Source of the DNA: Convolutriloba macropyga
Taxonomy: Eukaryota
Assembly: GCF_964194025.1 (NCBI RefSeq)
Contig: NC_134468.1
Span: forward strand, 59,272,001 to 59,336,000
DNA: 64,000 bases
Direction: 5' to 3'
Translations under genes and position numbers: made by a program
Notes under the pieces: generated by a model
What the model was told of the DNA's origin: nothing
What the model saw: only the letters and a program-made list of their open reading frames with translations
Database searches by the model: none
Shown: piece by piece, positions 24,078-35,600 of the stretch
Numbering within the stretch: the first letter of the stretch is position 1
How the letters are laid out: every line of letters starts with the position of its first letter

Positions 24078-27000
24078 TTGACAATTGAAAATTCACCTAG
24101 GACAGACATTTGTTCCGAGACTGAGGTAAATCCAGACCCAAGCAGTGGTCTAACTCAACAGATGTCCAACCATACAATTGAAAATAAGTTTCACATTTCA
24201 CCTGGCTCTATTTTATTTATTCCCGACACCGCCGACAAATTATATAATATCCAGGTATTAGAACATCTTTCGGAAGAAACGAAAGTTGGATGCATTGCAT
24301 GGGGCCCTGATTACGACTCATGGATCAACTCAAAATCAATATGGTCCTATTGGTGTTTCAAAAAACATTTAGGTAAATTGAAAAGAATCTCCAAGGAACT
24401 ATCAGACCAAGTCGACGATCTGCTAATGACGATCAGCTTATATGAACTCCGAAAGAATTAGAACAGACGGTAACCTTCCAGAAATAAAAACGTTGCTGCA
24501 CGCTAAAGTCCCCACTATCCGCTATATCCCTATCAAAGTACGGTACAAATTGTCTGAGCTTTTCTCTGACGTAATTACTCAATGCATTGAAGATCCTAAT
24601 ACAGAACTAAACTGGAGAAAACTCTTCAGATTATCTAAATGCGTTTTACGTGCCAGTAACAGAGGAGGGCAAAAACACAGGAGGAACAACGACCAAAGAA
24701 TTCTGGAAAGAAATAATCCCTGGAACAGCGGAGACTTTGGAGGGCTATGGAACGAAGCTTGCTCTTTGAAACAATCAAAACGATCGAACAATACAAACTC
24801 TGAAGAGATTATCAAACGTGCAAAAAATTTGTGTTTCCAGGGTCAATATGGCAGAGCAGCAAAAATTTTGGCTTCTGATGGTTTTGCACCAGTCAACAAG
24901 GCAGCTCTCGATAAATTGAAAAAATTGCATCCCCCTGAAGAAAAGCCTATTGTAGTCCAAAATATTTTATCACAAGCCTATCAAATCAGTGAGGAAAATA
25001 TTTCGGAGCAGCTGAACTCGTTTTCAAGATTTACAGCAGCTGGTCCTTCAAAAAAGTTTCCGAACATCTTTGCAAGCTGTACAGTGTACCGCTTCAGATC
25101 AGTCACAAATTGCTTTGAGAGTTTTGACTAAGCTCGTAAACATAAGCTGCCGTGGGGAACTTCGCGAATTTGTTTCACAAGCTCTTTGTAGTGCATCGTT
25201 AGCAGCTTTGATGAAAAAGAAAGGCGGTATTCAACCTATTGCAGTCGGAGAAGTCTTGAGGCGGTTAATAGCTAAATGTTTAGCTAAGGAAGCAAATTAA
25301 GAAGCAAAAGAACTTTTCCAAATCCTGCAAATGGGTGTCGGAGTGAAGGGAGGAGAGGAAGCCACTATATATTCGACTAAGCTTTCTTAAAATACTCACC
25401 TCGTCCAGTTCCTCGGCTATTTTGCAAATTGACTTTTGCAATGCATTCAATTCGATAAAACGCAGTGAAATGCTGAAAACCATTGCCAGTTCAATGCCTG
25501 GCATTGCCGCTTTTACCAATTCCTGCTTTTCACAACACAGCCAATTATTCTATGACAAATTTGTTAGTAGTTGTGAAAGCGGCATCCAACAAGGCGACCC
25601 ATTGGGCCCTTTGCTTTTCTCTCTGACGCTCTGGCCCATTATAGAGAAAATTCAGTAAATCTTCGCCAGAGCTTCAACATTATTCCTGGTATCTGGATGA
25701 TGGTGTCTTGGTGGGCTCAGAGGACGATCTCATTAGATCTTGGGATCTTCTATTCCAGCTCGGAACTGATCGCGGCCTCCACGTCAGGGTCGATAAGTGC
25801 GAACTGTGGTCCACGGTAGATTTAGATAGACTGGATATAAGAACAAAACGAAATGATATTTCGGGCCTTGAGGTTCTTGGAGCTGCGTTAGAAACCCCAG
25901 AGTTTGTCTGCTTGAAATTTAACGAAAGAATAGGGAAAATAAGGGAATTTTTCGAAAAATTGGACTATCTTGATGACCCTCAGTGCGCCCTAGGTATCAT
26001 ACGCCACTGCATTGGGTCCCACAAAATGGTGTATTCTTTACGTTGTCAAACGCCCACAAGTCCAGTTATTAAATCCCTAAAAGAATTTGATGCCCAACAG
26101 CGCGAAAACTTGAGAACATTCTTAGAACTGTTCTTCCAGAAGAATCCTGGACTCAAGTAACCCTGCCCAAAACCCTTTTAGGGTTGGGTGTTCGCCAATG
26201 TCAAGACCAGTATAAAGCATCATACGTTGGTTCTGTTCTCTCCTCTGAAGATCTTGCTCCGAAAATAACCGGTGGAAGCCCAAAAAACTGCCACGTTTTT
26301 CAGTATCTTTATTCCAGTATAGCACAACTGGACATTTCAAACCTCTCGCAAAAGACGATCCAGCATGCTTTCGATAATGAAAAGTTTCATGGTCTCAAAG
26401 AGAATCTAGCTTGTGAGAGAGAATCCGCCCGACTTCTCTCATTGTCTGTTCGACATGCTGGAGCTTGGTTGTCTGCTCCCCCCATTTCAGCTCTTGGGCT
26501 TCATATGGCACCAACTGAGTTTCGAATTAGTGCAAAGTACAGGTTTGGTGTCCCTGTCTACGACGCCGAAAGGAAGTGCCCGTTTTGTAAAGCAGGAGTT
26601 CTTGACATCTATGGGGATCTTGCCATAGCGTGTCACGGTCGAGGACGCCCAATTGCAAGACATGACCGGATTCAAGATAAAATAGTTTCTGCTTGCTCAT
26701 CTGCGAATCTCTCACCAGTAGTGGAAAAAAAGAACCTAATTCCAGAAAGCCAATCACGCCCCGGAGACATCTTTGTCCCGACTTGGAAAACAAGGAAACC
26801 TGCTGCATTTGATGTAACTGTTACTTCGTCGCTGCAATCCAACTCTCTCACTAATGCGGCTACAAAGGCAGGATACGCGCTTGATGAAGCAATTGAAAGA
26901 AAATATTGCCTCCACGACGAAAACTACGCAAAAATGGGAATCACCTTTGTTCCACTTGCAATTGAAATCCTTGGCGGAATATCGGCAACCTTCAGAAAAA

Positions 27001-27144
27001 ACACTCAGGCGGTTGCCTGTGTTAAGTGACAACCGTTTTTTCCAAGCGCAGGGGTTGTCTGTAGCTTTCTGTAAACTGATGCAATCCTTGTCAGTCACGG
27101 CTATTTGGGGATCAGCGGCAATGTTGCTGGCACGGGCTCCCTAG
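24078..27144 (+). mobile_element. CRE-clade non-LTR retrotransposon (RT plus C-terminal restriction-like endonuclease), frameshifted
   Basis: RT motifs KKKGGIQPIAVGEVLRRL, IDFCNAFNSI, GIQQGDPLGPLLFSL and WYLDDG. HAGAWL, a zinc-finger remnant CPFC..D.YGD.AIAC, RHD, and RLE motif RPGD...AFDVTV...K...FVPLAIE. Confidence 0.9.
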
Positions 27145-30100
27145 TGAACTATTTTGCTTTTTGGGTGCTCGATCGCTCGGAGGGGAGATGGTTGAGCCAG
27201 TACTGTTGCAGTCATTGTCGACAGATATGATCAAGGGGTCTGCCTCAATGATTTTGTCTCGCTCTTTTTGGCCAGATTTAACCAATTCAGAATAAGAAGA
27301 GTCCAGATTGGTCCTTTTATGATGAGCCACCAAAACGATTGCAGCAAACGGGAGCCTTATCAATGTGCAGTTCTAAAATTTTTATTCTTACCTGACCAAA
27401 GTGGGGAGAATAAAAACAAACATTTTACATGTGAAAAACTAAAAAATGCCGATGAAATGAGATTCATAAACTGTTGATATGTTGTATTGATAACCACCGT
27501 TTTGTTAACCAAGTTTTGTTTAGATATCCAGCTAATTGCAATGAGTGTATGTAAAAGAAGAAGGCGAAATGTGTAAATAAGTTCTTCAAGCTTAATAATA
27601 AATTTGTTTGAGAGATTTGCGGAGCCAAAAAAATATTTTAATTTTTCCAAATAATAAAACTCTTGTTACTCGTGCTCGAGATCAGGACTTGCTCAATTCC
27701 TGCATAATTCTTCAAAACGTAATCAGAGAAAAGATAGACATCAAGAACCAACATAAATGTCGAAAGCTCCACGACGAGAATGAAAGCGGAGAAGGGTAAC
27801 CACAAAAAGAATACATGAAAAATCGCAAAAGCTTGTTTCAAGTTTGTTAGCTATTTAGTTTTAGTCACTGATGTCTTCAGCTCAACTGATATTCTCGTTC
27901 AATCAGGAAAGACAAAAGGAGCACAACAAAATACTGCACGATTTTTGCCAGAAAAGTGAGAGATTTATGTAGTTCCTTGCAAATTTCTCGCAAGATTCTT
28001 TGTTTTTTGATATCAGCGTTTTTGTTTTTTTAAAGTCAATGATGGGCATTTTTGACAAATGAATGCGTCATTTTTCAAGTTAGATGATCTGTCAAATGAA
28101 CGGCAAGCAACAGAAACACTAATCGCAAAGTTACCAGGTTTGCGATCAATAAAACTAAAAAACAGCCGACATTTGTGCAGATGTAAACAAATTTCCAGTT
28201 CTTCAAACACAAATCGATTGAAAGAATTAAAAGTCAAGTTTTTGATTCAGTGCATTTAATTTGCTGGGATTATCACTTCTCAGCCTTCTCAACCTCAACC
28301 TTGAGATGAAATAGGCTCGTTCCTTAAATATTTCCTTATATGGAGTCTAAGCATTGTTTTATTCAGATAACAGTAGCATCCAGAGAAATCTTTTTCTGAT
28401 GTTTAAAGGTATTATTAAGGGCTGGAGTTATGCTGTGTTTAAGATTAAACAAATTTGTTGTTTAAGGAATTAGGTGAAGATTCTGGGAATACCCATAACA
28501 AAGTTAAACAAGAAAAAAAACAACATTGTTTATACGCTAAACCAAATTTACTCTTTTTCTTTTTCTAAAACCGATGAATTTTTAATAATTAGTCTATTTA
28601 TTCCTCTTGACAATCGATTTGGTTTCTTATTCACTTGATTTTTAGTTATCATATTGACTGATATTGATTTGATATACTAGAGACAAATAACAAACAAAGG
28701 TTCAATGATTTAAAAATGGGATTTCTAGAAGGTTGCTAGACAAGAATTTCAGCTCACTGTTTTTAATAAACAGGGAATGCATTATTTGGTGGTCTAATAG
28801 AAGACTAAATCAATCATAATTTCATTTTGTATTATGTAGTTTTAAAAAAAAGAGGAGACAAATTTTTGATACGGTAAAGTTTTCAATTCTTTAAGTTAAT
28901 CTGGAATTTTTGAAAACAGGTGGCACAAGATATCAATCTTGTTTTTGTCATGATTGTCATTAAAAATTAATTTCTTTTGACAAATAGCTTTTATAATTCT
29001 CCGCTGTAATTTTAAAAATTTGACTAAATATGTTTTTGTTTTAATTGTAGGTTAGTATACCCTATTGTATATCTGCCTTAGCAAACGCATGATAAAAACA
29101 AAGCAATTGATGTTTAGGAAAACAGAAACTTGCCTCAATACTATCCCACAGAACGATGCTAATTTGTTTGTAACTGTGGTAATGAGCTCAGAAAACTATT
29201 GAGAAAAACTATTTGCGTTTGCCAACTTCCTAAAAGTATTTTCAAACCCTAGCAGCTCCATTTTCACAATAAAAACTATCTAATTAAAGGTGTCGACGGC
29301 TTTTTCAAACTCAACAAAACAATTCTAGGCACTTTTTTATACAAAACTTTTCTCAGAAATTCAGTCAATCTTGTTAGCGCTTGAACACTGGACCAACATA
29401 GTTTTATATTTTCCTTTCTAAAGGACCAGATGCGTTTAGAGAGCAATTTTTCAAACGAATGACAAATAAACCTGAGAAGACTAATGGTTTTGTAGTAAGC
29501 GGGTTCTTGGGCTCAGCAAAAAACAGACAATTTTAAAATTTTAATCTTTGTGCCATCATGGCCAAGGGAAGATTAACTTTTCAATACTTTGTAACGTTTG
29601 TGACCTCCTGAAGTAAAAAAAATAATTCATGTACAAATTAATTGCCTATTCCTTTGACCTGCAAACAAACTGTGTAGTCAAGGTTTTATGAAAGATTCAT
29701 CGGACTGTTGTAAAAGAATTGTTTATTTCATTTTCTTCAATCGATATTTCTAATCGATTTGTTCCTGCCAAAAATTGCCTGTAAGCTTGGAATAAGCTTT
29801 AGAACTTTTTAGGGAGAAAAAAATTGTCGTAAAATTGTTTCGCTTTCCGAGTAAACTTTTGTAGAAGGTTCCTCGCTTGATCGCTTCGTTTTTGATTGAA
29901 GAGCGTTTTGGTGTCAATTATTAGTGGATAATGATTGAAAACGTTAGTTTTTATGTTTATAATTTCTGATGCGACGCTTGAGAAGACATGATCAAAACGT
30001 GGTATAAGTTTCCGTTGCTCGGTTTGGATCTGTTTTGAACGGCAAAACAAAAAGTTTGAAAAAGTTGGGCGTTTTCTTGCCAACGCGTAGTTCTTTCAGA

Positions 30101-31987
30101 AGTCAATTTTAACATCACCACAGAATAAGGCCTCTGAAATGCTTGCAATCATGCTTTCAAGGTTTTTTTGTTCATCATGTCAACAGCAAAGATCTCGATA
30201 TCCATTTTGACCTTTAGTACTTAGAACTCGATACTGTTGCAAATATAAATTGCACAACCTCCGCTGCGTTTGTTTCTTCATTTCTTCGATCTATAATCAT
30301 GCTACCTTTTCACATATACATAACAATAAACAGTGTGTCGCATAGCAAGGTCTCACGTAGGCAACTTGCCATCGGTTCTACAAGAAAACTAGTCTTAAAC
30401 GCCCCTAACTGGTCATAAGTCAATTTTATTGTGAATTTAAACCCTTCCCTTAAAACATTACCAAAATCAATTTGACTAATTTGAGAACGCATATGAATAC
30501 ACTGTTTTGTTTCAGCAAGTAAATCTTTTTTTGCCTAAGTCTTGCAGAAATGTATCAAAACTTATTTGATTTTGTTGAGTAGTAACAAATTTTCCGTAGT
30601 GGTGAGTTTCTCATCCTTTTGGTGAAATCCAAACATTTTTTGTCATTGTCCATAACTCCTTTCAATTTAGGAATAACATACAAAAACAACCTGAACCGGA
30701 CTTCTGACAAACGCTTTTTTCATGGCCCGGTTTTATGTAGCTAGTAATAGCAACAATTTCATTGGCTCATTGTTTTAAATGTCTGTTAGATAAATCGTTT
30801 TTTCGAAACGATTTTTTCCGTTCTTTTAAATCGCTTTTGTTTTTCTCTATTACTCCTCCCCCTAAGCTGCTAAATCACCAACGTCTTTTTACTGAAAATA
30901 GTATGGAGCTGGAGTTGTCCATTGTCAGTTTTTAAAATTTGTGGGTTCGAGTTGTTAGAAGTAACTTTGAAATATTGATCCCTAGAATAATCATGCAGTT
31001 CTTAATCCACCTTACTTCAGCAGTCTTCAGCACTGATTTTTGGTTCAACAGATTCAAAATAACTTTGCAGCAGATTGACTTTCCTAACACCTAGCCCCGA
31101 GATCTAACACCTAGCCCCGTTGTGCGCCTCGGGTTGTTGATTTGAAACAATACATGGCAGCTAACCAAGTCGTGATGTCCAATGGTATCAAGTAAACCCG
31201 ATTTACAAAGTACAAATCAAGCAACATCTTCAGTATTTTTTGAGACTGCCAAATTTCTTAATATAATGCGATCTTTAGACTGATAGCTCTTAATTTCGTT
31301 TATTGTTTGCTTCAATTATTTCAGCTGTAATTGTACTTCAAGCATCTGGGTGTTTTGATACAGTTCAAGCTCTACTAAAAATTTGGTTGGGGAAGGAGGA
31401 ACGTTTTCATCACGGGAAATTAGAAGCGTTGTGTAGCTGAGTTTTGAGTTTACGAATTGAATTCAGTTCAATGCTAAAGCGCACCAAGCAAGCGACTTTT
31501 CTCTACCTAGCCATTTTCCTGGCTGAACAAAAATTTCCAATGTCATTCCGCAGAAAAACAAATTGTAATGTAGTAAATTTACTCGATTTAATAATTATTG
31601 CTGATTTTTCGTATTTGATTTCTGTTTAAGGAAAATATAAATTTAAAAATGACTCTTCCATTGTTTTTGTGAAATACTCTCAAAATTAAAGATGGTTCTT
31701 AAATGTTTTTTCATCTTTTTGCGTTAAAAAATTTTGATAGTAATTTCATGTTTATATTTTTGAAGCTGATACTCCTATAATAATGAAACACTGAAATGAT
31801 GTCATCAACAGAATGATGATACATTAAATAATGCAGTTCTCAATAAAGTGATCTCGTCACTTATTGCATCAACTCTATTGTGCGTAGTCCTCTCACGTGA
31901 CAAAAATAAATTTCTCTTGAGCTTCTCATTTAACATTTGCGAAAGTTCTATAATAGCAGAAAATCGCAATTTAGTGCATAATCGAAA

Positions 31988-32190
31988 AACATAGCTGGCA
32001 GATTGCCAGAAAATAGCAGCAATAGCTTCGTAGAACTGCAGTCTCAAAAAGATCGTAACAAAACAGACCAAAAAAACTTTAAAATGCCGAGTTGTTTTAA
32101 GAATATATTTAACTCATTGCTGATTCTATTAGCTTCCCTTAAATACCCTTCACTTAGAGTGACAGACATTAATTTGATCTTTTCTCTTTG
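31988..32190 (-). mobile_element. Truncated DINE-1/Helentron-like family B 3' end just downstream of the IQCB1 stop
   Basis: AACATAGCTGGCAGATTGCCAGAAAATAGCAGC, homologous to 58787-59010. Confidence 0.65.
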
Positions 32191-32219
32191 AATCATAATT
32201 TCTATTCCAAGTAACACAA

Positions 32220-32633
32220 TCAGTATTTAACAACTTTATCAATCTGCCTTTCGATGTTTGTCCTAATAGAGTATGTATCTTCGAAATCAACTTCTGCATT
32301 TGTATCTAGTTTTTTGTACCAGGGCAACTTCTCATTAGCTAATGTATTCAAATGAGCATTCTTTGCACTGAGTGCCACTGTAGGAAGTGGGTTCAAATAT
32401 CTATCGATGACGTCATCACTCAAATCATCGTCCAGAGAAGGCGCATCCCTGATGAGCTGGGAATCAACTTTCAGTTTGGCTAGCAGCGTGTCTCTTCGTA
32501 TATCTGCCTTAGCCCTCACTCGGCTCATTTGGATCTGACGCTTGAGCATGTCTTGCGCTTTGTTGAAATGGAACTCGTCCTCGGGTCTGGTTCTTGGTTT
32601 CAGGTACAGTCGCTCTCGGAACTCCTCAATTTG
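32220..32633 (-). CDS. IQCB1: IQCB1 exon 7 (last)
   Basis: tttttag|QIEEFRER...DAPSL...PWYKKL...stop. Confidence 0.9.
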   Translation of the reverse strand, partial: QIEEFRERLYLKPRTRPEDEFHFNKAQDMLKRQIQMSRVRAKADIRRDTLLAKLKVDSQLIRDAPSLDDDLSDDVIDRYLNPLPTVALSAKNAHLNTLANEKLPWYKKLDTNAEVDFEDTYSIRTNIERQIDKVVKY

Positions 32634-35600
32634 CTAAAAACGATACGTACATCAAAAATTATTTGAAAATATTAAAGAAAATACATTTGCACTCTCAATC
32701 AGTCTGTACAATCATTTATATCCACAAGTAATTGGATGATTCATTAGAATAGCCTTATTATGAATACGTTACAACAGTAACCTTTTTCTATTTTATCTGA
32801 ACACTATGCTAGGCAGGAACTTAGATTGTGAATAAATTGCTGCCCCTAATAGAAGAGATGAGGATAAAACATACCCGGCATATTGCCGGAAAATAGCCGC
32901 CGTTGATTCCAATAAGCATGATTGGGATTGAAAGAAGAGAAGATATTGAAAAAAAAATTTTTTGTTCAAAAACATTTTTTAAGTCGGATTTATTTTGATG
33001 TCATTTCTTTGTAGTTGAACATACTTCTGTTTCTCTCAGAGAGAGTCTACAGGGGCTACAATCAATACCAATAAGCATAAGAGATGGTAACTAAGACTTA
33101 TAGGACGACGTTCAAATAGCGGGCATCTAAAATTGGGCTTTATGGGTTTATCCCGTTTCTATTTGGACTTCAATTTATTATACTGACTCTGTTCATTTTG
33201 AATTGCTTTGGTGAGCTACTGATGTTCAAATTCACTTTTAGCAGAATGAGACAAGAGAGAACCTAGCCTAGTCCGAAAGATTTCACGCAAAATGTCGAAA
33301 AAGCGGCAAAATGGTAAAGCGAAAAAAAAGTTCGACGAAGTAAAAAAACATAGCAGGACAAGTCCTGACGTACAATTCAAAAAATTTTCATAGACTACAA
33401 AAAATACTCGACCTAGAACGGACTATGAGTGAAATGGCAAAATCATTTCCAAAAAAATCAGATCAAAAAATTTAAAAAAAAACAGAAAATCAGTGTCAAA
33501 ATACGCATGTGAACAAAAAAACCACTAGCGAGAAGTTGAAATTTAATTCAAACAAAAAAACTAGGCCTAGAATGAGCTGTGAATGGATTGGGAAAGTCAT
33601 TTAGAAAAAAGCCGACCCAAAAAATTGAAAAAAAACAGTAAAAATCAGAGTGAAATTGCCGCATGTGAACAAAAAACCACTACCGAGAAACCGAATTTTT
33701 GTTCAAACATCGTTTTCTCACTACTTAAAATTAGCGCGAAAAAATTTCACGCCACAAAACCACTCGCTTTTTCGCTCCATTTCCTGTTTCGGCGTGACCA
33801 AAATCACTACTCCAATTTGACTTCAAAAATCATGAAAATGTGTGAACAGATCTTAAAAAAAAGACAGCGCCCCAAAACAATTCAAATTATTTGAATTGTA
33901 AAAAACATAGCAGGACAAGTCCTGACGTACAGTTCAAAGAATTTTCATTGACTAAACAGAAAAACTATACCTAGAATGGACTATGAGTGAATTGAGAAAA
34001 CCATGTTAGGAAAAAATCAGATAAAAAAATAAGAAAAAACAGAAAATCAATGTCAAAATAACGCATGTGAACCAAAAAAACCTCCAGCGAGAAATGAAGA
34101 ATTAATTCAAACAAAAAACTAGGTCCAGAATGAGCTGTGAATTGATTGGGAAAACTATTTAGGAAACATCCGATCCAAAAAATCGAAAAAAAACAGGAAA
34201 TCAGAGTGAAATTGCCGCATGTGAACAAAAAACCACTACCGAGAAACCGAATTTTTGTTCAAACACCGTTTTCTCACTCTACTTTAAAATTAGAGCGAAA
34301 AAAATTCACGGCGCAAAACCACTAGTTTTTTTGCTCCACTTCCTGTTTCAGCGTGACCAAAATCACTACTCCAATTTGACTTCAAAAATCATGAACATGT
34401 GTGAACAGATCTTAAAAAAAAACATAGCAGGACAAGTCCTGAAGTACAATTCAAAGAACTTTCATTGACTAAACAGAAAACTGGACCTATAACGGACTAT
34501 GAATAGATTGTAAAAACCATTTAGAAAAAAAATCCGATCCAAAAAATCGAAAAAACAGTAAAAATCAAAGTGAAATTGCCGCATGTGAACAAAAAACCAC
34601 TAGCGAAAAAGCGAATTTTTGTTCAAACACCGTTTTCTCACTCTACTTTAAATTTACAGCGAAAAAATTTCACGCCGCAAAACCACTCGTTTTTTCGCTC
34701 CACTTCCTGTTTCAGCGTGACCAAAATCACTACTCCAATTTGACTTCAGAAATCATGAAAATGTGTGAACAGATCTTAAAAAAAACATAGCCGGAAGAAT
34801 TCCGGAAACGACTCGAAGTGGAAATTCACTTAAATGCCATTCAACTACTCATCAGACAAAACGTGCCTCCACTAATTTAGGATTATCTTGAAACAAAACC
34901 ATAAAAGAAAAAAAAGAAAAAAAAATTAAATCCATTAAAATACGATCAAAAATCAGATAAAAATTTGTCATCAATTGAGACCCCGAAATAACTATCTCTG
35001 TCAAAATTACATCACCAACACAACTAGTAATTACTAAAACCACATATGAGAAGTTTTAAAAATACTTGATGCCAAATCATGAAAAAATAAGCTCTTACAA
35101 ACAACTTTGACTGAAAAACTGGAAAAAGTTAATAAATTTTTTAATATTACAAAAACACATAAATCCAAAGAAAATTTCTTTTCAGCCAATAGGGTATCCA
35201 GATGATCGCAAAACAATAGGCAAGTCATAATAGGCAAAGAAATTTATCTAGAGACAAAGAAAAACGAAAAACTGCAAAAAAATTAAGAAAAATAGTTCAA
35301 ATTTTCGCTATTTTTCGTCATATTTCTCAATAAAAAATCGCTTCATATCCACAAAACTGCAATTATTTGTTAACTAAAAATTGCTCAATTAATATGGGAG
35401 TTTCAATGCCCGTTTGAGAGAGTAAAACAAAACAACAGCCAAAAAATCGCAAAAATTAGCCCAAAAATCAGCAAAATACATGAAAAACCTCCGATTTAGC
35501 ATCAAATTCATATAAATATCAAGAAACCTTCAAACCACTACCAACACCAGCCTAAAATGAAAAGAAAATCATAATCAAACCTGTTAACCAAAAAAATTGG

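Noticed and set aside
29799-31629. Short ORFs suggesting an old retroelement or gene
   Set aside because: No motif I can identify with confidence.
33345-34800. CRISPR-like or gene-like repeat array
   Set aside because: Units are ~0.5 kb and homologous throughout, with no unique spacers and no cas genes. The ORFs in them (33583, 33971, and 59316 in the related copy) are incidental.
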